Shown: in pieces, positions 30,542 to 42,256 of the stretch | Layout of the letters: every line of letters starts with the position of its first letter | Numbering within the stretch: position 1 is the first letter of the stretch | Assembly (NCBI GenBank): GCA_965237955.1 | Contig: OZ250169.1 | Coordinates: 5,888,001 to 5,952,000, forward strand | DNA: 64,000 bases | DNA from: Candidatus Marinacidobacterales bacterium | GTDB taxonomy: Bacteria; Acidobacteriota; Vicinamibacteria; Marinacidobacterales; SMYC01 | Reading direction: 5' to 3' | Position numbers and translations under genes: made by a program | Notes under the pieces: generated by a model | Database searches by the model: none | What the model was told of the DNA's origin: nothing | What the model saw: the letters and a program-made list of their open reading frames with translations, nothing else

Positions 30542-33500
30542 GTGAGCCTCCGCCCATTCGTCCATCTTCACAACCATAGCGACTTTTCGCTCCTCGACGG
30601 AGCGAGCCGCATCGAGCAAATGGTCGATCTCGCGGCACGCTACGAGATGCCGGCTCTGGCGCTCACCGATCACGGCAACATGTTCGGTGCCATCAATTTC
30701 TACAAAGCGGCAAAAAAGCGGGGTGTCAAGCCGATCCTCGGCTGCGAAATCTACGTCGCGCCCGGTTCTCGCTTCGAGAAATCGCCGAACAACGGCAGCA
30801 TCGCCGACACGAACAACCATCTAGTCCTTCTCGCGGAGACGACGGCGGGCTATCGCAACCTCGTGAAGCTCGTGTCGAAAGGGTTTCTCGAAGGCTTCTA
30901 CTACAAGCCTCGCATCGACAAAGAGCTTCTGGCCGAACACTCGGAGGGGCTCATCGGGCTTTCCGCGTGTCTGAAAGGAGAAGTCCCGCAAGCGGCGCTC
31001 CGCGGTGATGACCAAAAGGCGCTACACGCCACCGGCGTCTACCGCGACATTCTCGGAGAGAACAATTTCTTCCTCGAGATTCAGGATCACAACCTCGGAC
31101 TTCAGGACGAGAAAACCGTCAACACCAGCTTGATGGCTTTGGCGAAGAAAGAAGGCATCAACACCGTCGCCACGAACGACTGCCACTACATCTCGCGCGC
31201 GGACGCCGAGGCGCACGACATTCTCCTGTGCATCGGGACCGGTAAAAAGACTGCGGACGAGCACCGGATGCGCTATCCCGGTGATCAGTTCTACTTCAAG
31301 TCGTCGGAGGAGATGTTCGATTTGTTCCAGGGATACCAGGAGGCCTACGACAACACCTCCGCCATCGCCGAGCGCGTGAACGTCGATCTAGACCGTGAAG
31401 GTTTCCAGTTGCCGCGATTCGATGTGCCGGTCGGCACCACGGTCGAGAGCTACTTCGAGCAGGTCGTGTCGGATGGTTTCGATGCGCGGTGGCGGCTTCA
31501 TCGCGCGACCATCGAGTCTCACGGGCGGTTCACGAAGGCTGATTACGAAGCGCGTCTCAAGCGCGAGATCGCGATCATCCACGATATGGGCTTCCCGAGC
31601 TACTTCCTCATTACTTGGGACTTCGTCCGTTTCGCCCGAGACCAGGGTATTCCCGTCGGGCCAGGACGCGGCTCCGCAGCGGGCAGTCTCGTGGCCTACA
31701 GCCTGCGCATCACCGACATCGACCCTCTCGAGCACGACCTCCTCTTCGAGCGATTCTTGAATCCCGCGCGGGTGACGATGCCCGACATCGACATCGACTT
31801 TTGCGAAGCGCGCCGGGGTGAAGTGATCGACTACGTCACCGAGAAGTATGGTCGCGAGAACGTCGCGCAGATCATCACCTTCGGGACGATGAAGGCGCGC
31901 GCCGTCATCCGCGACGTCGGGCGCGTCCTCGATATTCCCTACGCCGACGTCGACCGCATCGCGAAGATGATCCCCGCCACTCTCGACGCGACTCTGGAAA
32001 AAGCGCTCGAGGAAGTGCCCCAGCTCCAGGAGGCGATCGCGAGCGAGCCTGGAATCAAGAGCCTGGTCGAAGCGGCAAAACGTCTCGAAGGCGTCAGCCG
32101 GCATGCGTCGACCCATGCGGCAGGGGTCGTCATCGCGCCCGAACCTCTGATGGAGTACTTGCCACTTTATCGGGGGAGCAAGGGAGAAATCACGACGCAG
32201 TACGACATGCGCAGCTGCGAGGACATCGGTCTTCTCAAGATGGATTTCCTCGGCTTGCGTACGCTGACGCTGATCGACAACTGCGTGAAGATGCTCGACC
32301 GCCAGTCCGGGGTCACCGTCGAGCTCGACACGCTGCCCGTCGACGATGTCAAGACATATGAGCTGTTCGCCCGCGGAGACGCGTTCGGTGTCTTTCAGTT
32401 CGAGAGTGAGGGGATGCGCGACATCCTGCGGCGCTTCAAGCCGGACAAACTAAACGACCTGACCGCTCTCAATGCTCTCTATCGCCCTGGGCCGATTCGG
32501 AGTGGGATGATCGACGATTTCATCAAGCGGAAGTGGGGGAAAGTTGCCGTTCGCTATGAGCTTCCCGAGCTGAAGGAGATCCTGGAAGACACGTTGGGCG
32601 TCATCGTCTATCAGGAACAGGTGATGCAGATCGCCTCGAAGCTCGCCGGCTTCAGTTTGGGCGAGGCCGACATGCTCCGTCGCGCGATGGGCAAGAAGAA
32701 AGCGGACGTGATGCAGGCACAGCGCGACAAGTTCATGAAAGGCGCGCTTGCGAACAAAGTTCCGGAGAAAAAGGCAGCCAAGATCTTCGACCTCATGGAG
32801 CACTTCGCCGGGTACGGGTTCAACCGTTCGCACTCGGCCGCGTACGCGCTGCTCGCGTACCAAACGGCGTATTTGAAAGCGAATTATCCCGTGTTTTTCA
32901 TGTCGGCGCTTCTAACGTCGGAAAGACAGAACACCGACAAAGTCGTTCAGTACTTGAACGCGTGTCGCGACATGGGGATCGACGTGTTACCGCCGGACAT
33001 AAACGAAAGCGAGCTCGACTTTGCGGTGGTGGGTGACAAGATACGTTTCGGCCTCGCGGCAGTGAAAAACGTCGGGGAGTCGGCGATCGAATCGATACTC
33101 GCAGCACGTAAGAGAGTCGGACGGTTCGAATCGCCCGCGGATCTCTGCGAAGATGTCGACCTTCGTCTCGTCAACAAGCGCGTGCTCGAAAGCCTCGTCA
33201 AATCGGGAAGCTTCGATTCGTTCGGCGCGAAGCGGGCGCAGCTCATGGCGATTGCCGACCGCGCTCTCGACTACGGCCAACAGGCTCAACGAGAGCGCGA
33301 AAGCGGGCAAGGAAGCCTCTTCGGGGACATGGGCGGTGTGCGGAGAAGTCCTGAGCTCGATCGCTTGCCTGATATTCCCGAATGGAGCGACAGCGAGGTT
33401 CTCGCATCGGAGAGAGCGACGCTAGGGTTCTTCTTGAGCGGCCACCCGTTGGACGGCTACCAGGACGAGATCGCGAGCTACACGACCTGTGATACGCGCT

Positions 33501-34045
33501 CGCTGCCGGACAAAGGGGAAGAGGGCGAGGTCGCCATCGCCGGCCTCATCGCGAGCATTCGAACACTGCGCACCCGAAAAGGCGATGCGATGGCCGTCTT
33601 CCGTCTCGAGGATCAACACGGCGATGCCGAAGTCGTGGTGTTTCCGGACCTCTACCGCGAAAGCTTCGGACTTCTCAGCAACGATGTGGCAGTCCTTGTT
33701 AAAGGCAAACCCGAAGCCGGAGAAGATGTCGGCAAGGTCTTGGCATCGAAGATGGTCCCCCTCGACGAGGTCAAGCAACGCGAGGCTGGCTCGATGACGG
33801 TGCGCATTCCTCTCGACTCGTTTTTCGAAGACACGCTGCCGCATTTGCGCGAGCTTCTCGAGCATCACAAAGGGGAGTGCGATCTTCGTTTCGAGCTCAT
33901 GCGCGGCGAGTATAAAGTTCTGTTCCGGCCGCATCCGTTCCTGCGCGTCGAGCCGTCGGCGGAGCTCGTCCAAAGCCTCGAAGCGATGTGCGGGGAGGGG
34001 ACGGTCGCGCTTTCGCGCCAGCGCCTCGAGGTCCTCCATCCGTAG
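30542..34045 (+). CDS. dnaE: DNA polymerase III alpha subunit
   Basis: PHP motif HLHNHSDFSLLDG, GPGRGSAAGS, PDIDIDF and GYGFNRSHS. Confidence 0.97.
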   Translation: MSLRPFVHLHNHSDFSLLDGASRIEQMVDLAARYEMPALALTDHGNMFGAINFYKAAKKRGVKPILGCEIYVAPGSRFEKSPNNGSIADTNNHLVLLAETTAGYRNLVKLVSKGFLEGFYYKPRIDKELLAEHSEGLIGLSACLKGEVPQAALRGDDQKALHATGVYRDILGENNFFLEIQDHNLGLQDEKTVNTSLMALAKKEGINTVATNDCHYISRADAEAHDILLCIGTGKKTADEHRMRYPGDQFYFKSSEEMFDLFQGYQEAYDNTSAIAERVNVDLDREGFQLPRFDVPVGTTVESYFEQVVSDGFDARWRLHRATIESHGRFTKADYEARLKREIAIIHDMGFPSYFLITWDFVRFARDQGIPVGPGRGSAAGSLVAYSLRITDIDPLEHDLLFERFLNPARVTMPDIDIDFCEARRGEVIDYVTEKYGRENVAQIITFGTMKARAVIRDVGRVLDIPYADVDRIAKMIPATLDATLEKALEEVPQLQEAIASEPGIKSLVEAAKRLEGVSRHASTHAAGVVIAPEPLMEYLPLYRGSKGEITTQYDMRSCEDIGLLKMDFLGLRTLTLIDNCVKMLDRQSGVTVELDTLPVDDVKTYELFARGDAFGVFQFESEGMRDILRRFKPDKLNDLTALNALYRPGPIRSGMIDDFIKRKWGKVAVRYELPELKEILEDTLGVIVYQEQVMQIASKLAGFSLGEADMLRRAMGKKKADVMQAQRDKFMKGALANKVPEKKAAKIFDLMEHFAGYGFNRSHSAAYALLAYQTAYLKANYPVFFMSALLTSERQNTDKVVQYLNACRDMGIDVLPPDINESELDFAVVGDKIRFGLAAVKNVGESAIESILAARKRVGRFESPADLCEDVDLRLVNKRVLESLVKSGSFDSFGAKRAQLMAIADRALDYGQQAQRERESGQGSLFGDMGGVRRSPELDRLPDIPEWSDSEVLASERATLGFFLSGHPLDGYQDEIASYTTCDTRSLPDKGEEGEVAIAGLIASIRTLRTRKGDAMAVFRLEDQHGDAEVVVFPDLYRESFGLLSNDVAVLVKGKPEAGEDVGKVLASKMVPLDEVKQREAGSMTVRIPLDSFFEDTLPHLRELLEHHKGECDLRFELMRGEYKVLFRPHPFLRVEPSAELVQSLEAMCGEGTVALSRQRLEVLHP

Positions 34046-34108
34046 CGAAGAAAAGACTCACCGGTACTATTGGTAGCATTTCGGGATGGAGGAGGTTGAT
34101 CTAACCTT

Positions 34109-34150
34109 AGGGTCCGGGCAAGAATGGGTAGTTATTCTTGCCCGGGCCCT
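34109..34150. terminator. Strong hairpin between dnaE and accA
   Basis: AGGGTCCGGGCAAGAAT-N8-ATTCTTGCCCGGGCCCT gives 17 bp with one G-U pair. There is no U-tract, so the terminator role is uncertain. Confidence 0.4.
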
Positions 34151-34280
34151 TAGCACACACGCTGGATGACACTTTTGGCGGGCAGGAATTGTGGAGCGGG
34201 AAGGTTTTTGGGCAGGGGCAGGGGGTGTGCGCTACGTTGTAGAGCACACTGACTGACACTTTTGCTACACTGAGCCCGTC

Positions 34281-35249
34281 ATGGCCACAGAGACCCTAGA
34301 TTTCGAAGCGCCGCTCGCTGCTCTCCAGAAGGAAATCGAATCGCTCACCGGCTATCCGGAGGACACCGGCAAAGAGCGGGAAATCGCACGGCTTCAAACG
34401 AAGCTCGATGCGATGCGGCGCGAGATCTACGCGAAGCTGACGCCGTGGCAGAGAGTGCAAGTTGCCCGGCATTCGCAACGCCCGTATGCGCTCGATTTCA
34501 TCGAGCATCTGTTCACGGATTACCTCGAGATCAAAGGGGATCGCCGCTTCGGCGAAGACCCGGCCGTTGTTTCCGGCATGGCTTGGTTCCACGACGAGCC
34601 CGTCGTCGTCATCGGCCACCAAAAGGGCCGTGACACGAAGCAAAAGATTCGCCGGAACTTCGGGATGGCACGACCGGAAGGCTATCGAAAGGCTTTGCGG
34701 GTGATGAAGATGGCGGAAAAGTTCTCGCGGCCGATCTTCTGCTTCGTCGACACACCGGGCGCTTATCCCGGCATTGACGCGGAAGAGCGCGGGCAAGCGG
34801 AGGCGATCGCCGTGAACATCCGTGAAATGGCACGCATCAGAGTTCCCATCATCGTGACCATCACCGGCGAGGGGGGGAGCGGCGGTGCCCTCGCGATCGC
34901 CGTAGGCGACGAGATCCTCATGATGGAGCACGCCATATACTCGGTAATCTCACCGGAAGGTTGTGCGGCGATCTTGTGGAAGGACGCGGGTCGTGCCAAG
35001 GAAGCGGCCGACGGGCTGCGACTGACCGCACCGGATCTTCTCGAGCTCGGGCTGGTGGATCGCATCGTGCCTGAGCCGGTCGGCGGGGCTCATACCGCGC
35101 ATCAACCGGCCGCCCAAATGCTCAACAAGTATCTCGTCGAAGCGCTCGAGCGTTCGCTACGCCTGAGTCCCGAAGAGCGTGTACGGGCGCGCTACGACAA
35201 ATTTCGCCGCATGGGAGAGGTAGGTCTCGATACGACCGACGCATCATGA
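34281..35249 (+). CDS. accA: Acetyl-CoA carboxylase carboxyltransferase alpha
   Basis: GHQKGRDTK, NFGM..PEGYRKA, DTPGAYPG and GEGGSGGALA motifs. Confidence 0.97.
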   Translation: MATETLDFEAPLAALQKEIESLTGYPEDTGKEREIARLQTKLDAMRREIYAKLTPWQRVQVARHSQRPYALDFIEHLFTDYLEIKGDRRFGEDPAVVSGMAWFHDEPVVVIGHQKGRDTKQKIRRNFGMARPEGYRKALRVMKMAEKFSRPIFCFVDTPGAYPGIDAEERGQAEAIAVNIREMARIRVPIIVTITGEGGSGGALAIAVGDEILMMEHAIYSVISPEGCAAILWKDAGRAKEAADGLRLTAPDLLELGLVDRIVPEPVGGAHTAHQPAAQMLNKYLVEALERSLRLSPEERVRARYDKFRRMGEVGLDTTDAS

Positions 35250-37261
35250 ACGTCGGACAGATACGCTTCGTCAAGCGCGCTCTGTTTGCGCTCTTTCTCG
35301 GTTGCGGTGCGTACGTTGGCTACCACCTGTGGGAGGGCGTGCGCAGTCGCGGGCGGTCGAGTACCGACGTTGTCGAAAAACCGGAGAACCCGACCTCGCG
35401 TGGAGTCGAGCTCGAGCAGCTCGATTCCGAAGGGCGCACCGCTTGGACCCTGACGGCGGCGGAAAGTGTTGGGCGCACCGAATCCGGACAGCAATTCCGG
35501 GACGTCGAGATCCGGTTCAACGCCGGCGAAGACGAAACCCCGATCGTGGTCACCGCTGACGCCTGTGAGATTGGTGCGAACCGCACGGTCCATTTGGAAG
35601 GAAACGTCGTCGTCCACGACGACACCACGGTCCGCCTCGAGGCGAATACCCTCGAGTTCGGGCGGTTTCCGGATCGCGTGTGGAGCACCGAGCCGGTTCA
35701 GTACGAAAAAAAGGGCCTCACCGGCGAGGCCGGCAGCATGCACTACGTCATCAAGCGCGGCGAGCTCGATTTCGGCGACGGCGTCCGGATGACGCTTCAG
35801 GAAGATGGCGCGGCGCCGGTGCGCATCGTAAGCGACATCGCACACATGCGGCGGAACCTTCACTGGGTCCAATACGTCGACGATGTCCGGGTTCGTCAGG
35901 AGAACCGGACCCTGCACGCGAATGACCTCCAACTGTTTCTCGACGACGAGAACCAGGAAATCACGCGAGTCGAAGCCTACGAGAACGTCGAGCTGCGGAT
36001 GTGGGTGACGGCGGATGCTTCCGGCGACGAGTCGGAAGACTCCGAGCGCGTGTTCACTTCAGAGCCTGGGTTGAAACGGCTGGTGACTGACAGGCTCGAG
36101 ATGCTGTTTCGTCCCGGCGGCGAGAATCTCGAGCGCGTCCGTGCCCGTGAAGGCGGGACATTGATCATGCGGCTGCCGCGGAATGCGGTAGAGGGGTACG
36201 ACAAGCGTCTCGAAGGAAACACGCTCGCGTTCGACTTCAACGAGGACGGGCAGCTCACGACTCTCCGGGGACGGGGCGGCGTCAAGCTCATCCTGACCCC
36301 ACGAGACCCCGACGGCGGTGACAGGAAAATCGTGACCGCGCGTCAGCTCGAGAGCGACTTCGACCCCGAGACGGGGGAGCTCATCGAAGCCCGGTGCGTG
36401 CGCTCGGTCGAATTCGTGCACGGCAACGTGCGCGCTACGTCGGATCGGGGCGTGCTCCGTTCTTCCGATTCGCTTCTAACCCTCACCGGAACTCCCCGCC
36501 TGTGGGACCCCCGTGCCAACCTCGAAGCCGAGAGGATCGAGATGAACATCGCGCGCGGCGACGTCGAGGGCTACGGCGACGTGCGCTCGTCGTCTCTCGA
36601 CGACTCTGGCGGAGCGGCCCTGTTCCCGTCAGCGAAAAACGAGCCGGTGTACTTCGTCGCGGATCATCTCGCTTACGACCGTGGTGAAGACATCGCGGTG
36701 TACACGGGCTCTGCGCGCGGATTTCAGGGGCGGAATCGGGTCGAGGCAGAAACGATCCAAATCTACCAGCGGGAAGGCGATTTGATCGCCGGTGGTGGTG
36801 TGCGCACCGTGTTCTTGCAAAAACTCGTCGAAGACGATACCTCGGGCGAGCTGGCGCCGAAACCGACGGTGACGCGCGCGGCGACGCTTCACTATCGCGC
36901 GGCCCGGGAAGTCCTCGAGTACCGAGAAGACGTTCACATGCGCTCCGAGGACATGACGCTTCACGGTGCGAGCATCGATGTGACCCTCGTGAGCGGTGGG
37001 GGAGGCGTTCGCGAAATCTACGCCGAAGGTGGTGTCGAGATCGAGACGGTCGACGGCAAGGCGGCCGGCGAACATGCAAAATACTTGCCGGAAGACAGAA
37101 GCATGACCATAACTGGAGAGAACGCGTGGCTCGAAAATGCCGGTAAACTCACGGAAGGCAAGCAATTGACATTTTTTCTCAGCGATGATAGGATTTTCGT
37201 CGACGGTCAGGAGCAACACCGGACCAAGACAACGTATTCTTCGAGTCCTCGCCCTTTCTGA
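35246..37261 (+). CDS. LptC/LptA(OstA)-like multi-jellyroll LPS transport protein
   Basis: One N-terminal TM helix, then long beta-strand repeats. Lies directly upstream of lptB. Confidence 0.75.
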   Translation: MNVGQIRFVKRALFALFLGCGAYVGYHLWEGVRSRGRSSTDVVEKPENPTSRGVELEQLDSEGRTAWTLTAAESVGRTESGQQFRDVEIRFNAGEDETPIVVTADACEIGANRTVHLEGNVVVHDDTTVRLEANTLEFGRFPDRVWSTEPVQYEKKGLTGEAGSMHYVIKRGELDFGDGVRMTLQEDGAAPVRIVSDIAHMRRNLHWVQYVDDVRVRQENRTLHANDLQLFLDDENQEITRVEAYENVELRMWVTADASGDESEDSERVFTSEPGLKRLVTDRLEMLFRPGGENLERVRAREGGTLIMRLPRNAVEGYDKRLEGNTLAFDFNEDGQLTTLRGRGGVKLILTPRDPDGGDRKIVTARQLESDFDPETGELIEARCVRSVEFVHGNVRATSDRGVLRSSDSLLTLTGTPRLWDPRANLEAERIEMNIARGDVEGYGDVRSSSLDDSGGAALFPSAKNEPVYFVADHLAYDRGEDIAVYTGSARGFQGRNRVEAETIQIYQREGDLIAGGGVRTVFLQKLVEDDTSGELAPKPTVTRAATLHYRAAREVLEYREDVHMRSEDMTLHGASIDVTLVSGGGGVREIYAEGGVEIETVDGKAAGEHAKYLPEDRSMTITGENAWLENAGKLTEGKQLTFFLSDDRIFVDGQEQHRTKTTYSSSPRPF

Positions 37262-37986
37262 TGCAGGTTCTGCGGGGCCGGTCGCTCGCCAAGTCCTTTC
37301 GCAAGAAAAAGGTGGTCGACAATGTCAATGTCGAAGTGTGCGCGGGCGAGGTCGTGGGGTTGCTCGGACCGAACGGCGCCGGTAAGACCACGACGTTTCA
37401 TATGGTTGTTGGGTTGACGGAGCCCGATGCGGGCAGCGTTTTCCTGAACGAGCAAGAAATTACGTCGCATCCGATGTACCTACGGGCACGGAGCGGCATT
37501 AGTTATCTGCCGCAGGAGCCGTCGATTTTTCGAAAGCTGACGGTCGAAGAGAACGTACTAGCGATTCTAGAGACGCTTCCGTTGAAGCCGGACGAAAAGC
37601 GGCGGAGGCTTAACGAAGTTCTGGAGGAGCTTGGACTTGCTGACAAAGCTCGTTCTCGAGGCTACACCCTCTCTGGGGGCGAGCGCCGTCGCGCGGAAAT
37701 CACCCGAGCCCTCGTCACCTCTCCCTCCTTTATGCTCCTCGACGAGCCGTTCGCGGGCATCGATCCCATCGCGGTCGGCGACATCCAACGAATCATCCAA
37801 CACCTCAAAAACAGAGGGATCGGCATCCTCATCACGGATCACAGCGTCCGAGAAACACTCAAGATCACGGATAGAGCTTATATAATGAACGATGGGAAGA
37901 TTCTCTGCTCGGGTACGCCCGAGGAGCTCGCGGATAACGAAGTCGTCCGCCGTGTTTACTTTGGAGAAGACTTCAAGCTGGATTGA
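37261..37986 (+). CDS. lptB: LPS export ABC ATPase LptB
   Basis: [36 protein letters not shown] and ITDH motifs. Confidence 0.96.
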   Translation: MQVLRGRSLAKSFRKKKVVDNVNVEVCAGEVVGLLGPNGAGKTTTFHMVVGLTEPDAGSVFLNEQEITSHPMYLRARSGISYLPQEPSIFRKLTVEENVLAILETLPLKPDEKRRRLNEVLEELGLADKARSRGYTLSGGERRRAEITRALVTSPSFMLLDEPFAGIDPIAVGDIQRIIQHLKNRGIGILITDHSVRETLKITDRAYIMNDGKILCSGTPEELADNEVVRRVYFGEDFKLD

Positions 37987-38029
37987 TTCTCGAAGAGACT
38001 ACCAACAGGATTGTGACGGATACAATCTA

Positions 38030-39212
38030 GTCCCATGGAACAGAAAAAGCTAGACAACACCGGCCCTTCTGTGATCTGCTAAATGCATGAAACACAAGGG
38101 CCGGCGAAAAGCCGAATTGAAGCTGTCGTCTCAAGAAAGCGAAGCGCTGACGCGACTGGCGCGACGCAGCCGTAGTTCGCCGCACCAAGCCTTCCGAGCG
38201 AAGATCGTGCTGGATTGCGCGGCGGGTCTGACGAATATGGAAGTTGCTAGGAAGATGCACACCATGAGGAGCACGGTGGGCAAGTGGCGAAGACGCTTTG
38301 TAGAACAACGAATGGAAGGGTTGTACGACGAACCTCGGCCGGGAGCGGCTCGCAAAATCGGCGATGACCAGATCGAGGAAGTCGTGACCAAGACGCTGGA
38401 GACGACTCCAAAGGGGAGAACCCATTGGAGTACGCGCTCGATGGCCAAGCATCTTGGGCTGAGTCATTCGACGATTGGACGTATTTGGCGAACGTTCGGG
38501 CTTCAACCGCACCGCTCGGAATCGTTTCGTCTCTCGCAAGACCCACAACTGGTCGAAAAAGTACGCGACGTTGTTGGCCTGTATATGAACCCACCGGATA
38601 ACGCGGTCGTCCTGTGCGTCGACGAGAAATCGCAGATTCAAGCGCTCGAGCGTGCTCAACCTGTCCTGCCCATGAGCTTGGGCCAGCCCGAGCGACAAAC
38701 CCACGACTACATTCGGCATGGAACGACTGACCTGTTTGCCGCACTCGACGCCGCAACAGGTGAAGTCTTCGGAAAGTGCTACGCGCGACATCGAGCGCTA
38801 GAGTTCAAGAAGTTCCTCGCTGAGATCGAAGCAGCCGTTCCCAGCGAGTTGGACATCCACGTCGTGCTCGACAATCTCGCCACGCACAAGACACCGGCGA
38901 TCAAACGCTGGCTTTCCAAGCGACCTCGGTTCCACTTTCACTTCACACCGACACACGCCTCTTGGCTCAACTTCGCTGAGCGCTTCTTTGGCTTGCTCAC
39001 CGAACACGCCTTGCGACGAGGCTCGCACACGAGCGTGCCTCAGCTCCGCGTTGCGATACAAGACTATCTCGATGCTCACAACGAGAACCCAAAGCCGTTC
39101 AAGTGGACGAAATCCGCCGACCAAATCCTCGAAACCATCGCTCGGTTCGCCCAGCGAACGCTCGATACACATGGCAAATCGAATTTGGACAGTAATTAAA
39201 GATCCAGGGGAC
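38030..39212 (+). mobile_element. IS630-family element, copy 1
   Basis: IRs GTCCCATGGA / TCCAGGGGAC with CTAG on both sides (TA duplication). Confidence 0.93.
38087..39199 (+). CDS. IS630 transposase
   Basis: HTH region plus DDE motifs VDEK, VLDN..THK and SWLN..ER. Confidence 0.95.
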   Translation: MKHKGRRKAELKLSSQESEALTRLARRSRSSPHQAFRAKIVLDCAAGLTNMEVARKMHTMRSTVGKWRRRFVEQRMEGLYDEPRPGAARKIGDDQIEEVVTKTLETTPKGRTHWSTRSMAKHLGLSHSTIGRIWRTFGLQPHRSESFRLSQDPQLVEKVRDVVGLYMNPPDNAVVLCVDEKSQIQALERAQPVLPMSLGQPERQTHDYIRHGTTDLFAALDAATGEVFGKCYARHRALEFKKFLAEIEAAVPSELDIHVVLDNLATHKTPAIKRWLSKRPRFHFHFTPTHASWLNFAERFFGLLTEHALRRGSHTSVPQLRVAIQDYLDAHNENPKPFKWTKSADQILETIARFAQRTLDTHGKSNLDSN

Positions 39213-39221
39213 TAGAGCGCC

Positions 39222-40751
39222 GTGCAACAGAAGCTAACACTTCAAACCAAACTCCAGCAGAAGCTCATCCTCACGCCGTCGCTTCAGCAGGCGATCAAGC
39301 TCCTTCCCATGTCCACGCTCGAGCTCGCGGACATGCTGCAGCAGGAGATCACCGAGAACCCCCTGCTTGAGGAAGAGCTCGAGCGCGAGCGGTCGGAAAC
39401 GCCGGAATCCTCTGACGCACCGACGGAAGGGTCCGAAGGGTCCGAAGAGAGCTCCACCGCCGAAGCCACAAGTGAGGCACAAAGCGTTGAATATGCACCC
39501 AAACCCGAGCCGGAACCGGAACCGGAACCGAAGTCCGACGACTCCCTGAACGAGATCGATTTCGAGTCGTTCTTCAGCGACTACCTCGATGAGGGCTATC
39601 GTCCGCGAACCAGCTACGAAGTTCCCGAGCATCCGCCGATCGAGAACACCCTTTCGGCAACGGCATCGTTGGCCGATCATCTCGACTGGCAGCTCCGGAT
39701 GACGACGATGGACGACAAGTCGCGAGAGATCGGTGAGGCGATCATCGGCAATATCGATGAGCACGGCTACCTCCAAGCCTCCATCGAAGAGCTTTGCGGG
39801 ATGGGCCAATATTCACCAGACGACGTGGCAGGCGCGCTCGCTATCGTTCAAGGATTCGATCCCGTCGGCGTGGGCGCGCGCGATCTGAAAGAGTGCTTGC
39901 TCTTGCAGATCGCCAAGTTGGAGCTCGGCGAAACGCCTCTCGATGCCATGGTGTCGAATCACTTGGATCACCTTCAGAACCATCGCTTCAACGAGATCGC
40001 CAAAGCGATGAAACTCCCTCTGGAGGAAGTCATTCATCACTGCGAGATCATTCGCCGACTGGATCCTCAGCCGGGATCGAAGTTCGTCACCGAGAAAAGC
40101 CATTACGTCACTCCCGACGTCTACGTCGTCAAAGTGGACGGCAAGTACGAAATCGTACTCAACGAGGACCGGCTACCTCAGCTTCGTATCAGCTCCGTGT
40201 ATCAGCGCATGCTCGAGAACAAATCCGACGAGAACCAGGCGACACGAGAGTACGTCAAAGACAAGCTGAGAAGCGCCCTGTGGCTTATCAAGTCGGTGGA
40301 CCAGCGCCAAAAAACAATTTACAAAGTCGCGAACAGCATCGTACGCCAACAGCAGGAGTTTCTCGACGACGGCGTCGAGCACTTGAGGCCCCTGGTGTTG
40401 CGCGACGTGGCCATCGATATCGGGATGCACGAATCGACCGTATCCCGCGTGGTCGCCAACAAGTACATCCACACACCCCAGGGCGTGTGCCAAATGAAGT
40501 ACTTCTTTCATAGCGGTATTGCGAGCATAGGCGGGGATCATGTCTCGTCGGTTACGATCAAACAGCGCATCAAGAAAATCGTGGAAGAGGAGAACCCCAA
40601 GAAACCTCTCTCCGATTCCAAAATCGTCAGAATCCTCGAAGATGAAGGGCTCGTTCTCGCTCGACGCACGATCGCGAAATATCGGGAAGAGCTGCGAATC
40701 CCCCCCTCGAATCAGCGGAAAAATCTCTACAGCAGCCCCTTCGCCTCGTGA
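39222..40751 (+). CDS. rpoN: RNA polymerase sigma-54
   Basis: Q-rich region I, HESTVSR and the RpoN box ARRTIAKYRE. Confidence 0.97.
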   Translation: MQQKLTLQTKLQQKLILTPSLQQAIKLLPMSTLELADMLQQEITENPLLEEELERERSETPESSDAPTEGSEGSEESSTAEATSEAQSVEYAPKPEPEPEPEPKSDDSLNEIDFESFFSDYLDEGYRPRTSYEVPEHPPIENTLSATASLADHLDWQLRMTTMDDKSREIGEAIIGNIDEHGYLQASIEELCGMGQYSPDDVAGALAIVQGFDPVGVGARDLKECLLLQIAKLELGETPLDAMVSNHLDHLQNHRFNEIAKAMKLPLEEVIHHCEIIRRLDPQPGSKFVTEKSHYVTPDVYVVKVDGKYEIVLNEDRLPQLRISSVYQRMLENKSDENQATREYVKDKLRSALWLIKSVDQRQKTIYKVANSIVRQQQEFLDDGVEHLRPLVLRDVAIDIGMHESTVSRVVANKYIHTPQGVCQMKYFFHSGIASIGGDHVSSVTIKQRIKKIVEEENPKKPLSDSKIVRILEDEGLVLARRTIAKYREELRIPPSNQRKNLYSSPFAS

Positions 40752-40814
40752 ACGGCCCCGTCGCCGCGCGCGGTCACGTTATCCTCTCCTTCTTTCTTAC
40801 CCTTGGAGTGTGAC

Positions 40815-41360
40815 ATGTTGATTCAGATCACTGCTCGACACGTCGAGGTGCCTGCGAAACTCAAGTTGTACATCGAGTCCAGGGTGGAGAAACTCGATAA
40901 GTTCATCGACGGTATTACCGACGTTCACGTAACACTCTCAGCCGAGAAGTATCGACAGATCGCGGAGCTGAATGTCCACAGTCGTGGCAACGTTTACCTT
41001 TCGGCGACCGAGGCCTCGGAAGATTTGAAGTCCTCCGTGAGTCAAGCCATCGAGAAGATCGAAGGTCAAGCGAAGAAACATCGTGCGAAGAAGATCGACA
41101 AGAAACGCCGACGGACGAGCCGTGTCGATGGCGAGGGCACCTTCAACGTGATTGCCAGCGAACCCGGGGTGAATGCCGGCGTGACACAGGTGATCGAGAG
41201 TAGGCGGTTCGTGATCAAGCCGCTTACCGTCGAAGAGGCGGTGATGGAGATTGAAGAAGAGCGTGCCGAATTTCTCGTTTTCCGTAATGCGGCGAGCTCT
41301 CGCACCAACGTTCTTTATCGGCGACCGGACGGCAATTTCGGTCTAATCGATCCTGAGTAG
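40815..41360 (+). CDS. hpf: Ribosome hibernation promoting factor (long form)
   Basis: IQITARHVEV N-domain and KPLTVEEA...FLVFRN...VLYRR.DGNFGLI C-domain. Confidence 0.92.
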   Translation: MLIQITARHVEVPAKLKLYIESRVEKLDKFIDGITDVHVTLSAEKYRQIAELNVHSRGNVYLSATEASEDLKSSVSQAIEKIEGQAKKHRAKKIDKKRRRTSRVDGEGTFNVIASEPGVNAGVTQVIESRRFVIKPLTVEEAVMEIEEERAEFLVFRNAASSRTNVLYRRPDGNFGLIDPE

Positions 41361-41377
41361 GCCGGAGTAAGTCCATC

Positions 41378-42256
41378 ATGACGAAACTCGAAGGCGCGCG
41401 ATTCGTCTTCATCACCGGCCTGTCGGGCTCCGGAAAAACCCTTGCGATGAAAGCGTTGGAAGATGCGGTTTTTTTCTGTATCGACAACCTTCCGGTTAAG
41501 CTCATCCTTCCGTTCGGCGAGCTCACCGCGAAGGGTGGTGAAAATATCGACCGTGTTGCCATCGTCACCGATATTCGAGAGCGCCACTTCGTGAAAGAGT
41601 TTCCCGAAGTCCATCAACGGCTTCAGGAACGAGGTTTCTCCACCACCGTCATGTTCCTGTTAGCGCGGAACGACGTCCTGGTGCGTCGTTTCAGCGAAAG
41701 CCGCCGCCCTCACCCGCTGCAAGCCGAAGGCAGCTCGCTCGAAGAAGCGGTGAAGGCGGAGGAGCGGGAGCTCGCGCCGATCCGGAGACTCGCGGACCGC
41801 GTTCTCGACACGTCGGACTTGACGGTGCACGAGCTCCGCCGCCACGTTCTCGAGAGTTTCGTCGAGAGCGAGCGCAGTCACGGGCCAGCGATCCACGTCG
41901 TCTCGTTCGGTTACAAGTTCGGTGTGCCGACCGGCGCTGATCTCGTGTTTGACGTACGTTTCTTGCCCAATCCATACTTCGAAGCTGGTCTGAGGGAGAA
42001 GGACGGCAACGATCCCGAAGTCGAAGCCTTCCTGTTCGCACATGAACAGACTGAGGAGCTTCTCGACCGGCTCGAAGCTTTTCTCGGCTACCTGTTGCCG
42101 CAATACGCGAACGAGGGTAAAAGCAATCTCACGATTGCGATCGGGTGCACCGGCGGCAAACATCGGTCGGTTGCGATGTCCAATCACATCGGGGAGAGGC
42201 TTCGTGCGAACCACGATCGCGTACGCGTGTCCCATCGAGACATGGAGAACGACTGA
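41378..42256 (+). CDS. rapZ: RNase adapter RapZ
   Basis: ITGLSGSGKT, CIDNLP, SFGYKFG, DVRFLPNPY and GCTGGKHRS motifs. Confidence 0.95.
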   Translation: MTKLEGARFVFITGLSGSGKTLAMKALEDAVFFCIDNLPVKLILPFGELTAKGGENIDRVAIVTDIRERHFVKEFPEVHQRLQERGFSTTVMFLLARNDVLVRRFSESRRPHPLQAEGSSLEEAVKAEERELAPIRRLADRVLDTSDLTVHELRRHVLESFVESERSHGPAIHVVSFGYKFGVPTGADLVFDVRFLPNPYFEAGLREKDGNDPEVEAFLFAHEQTEELLDRLEAFLGYLLPQYANEGKSNLTIAIGCTGGKHRSVAMSNHIGERLRANHDRVRVSHRDMEND

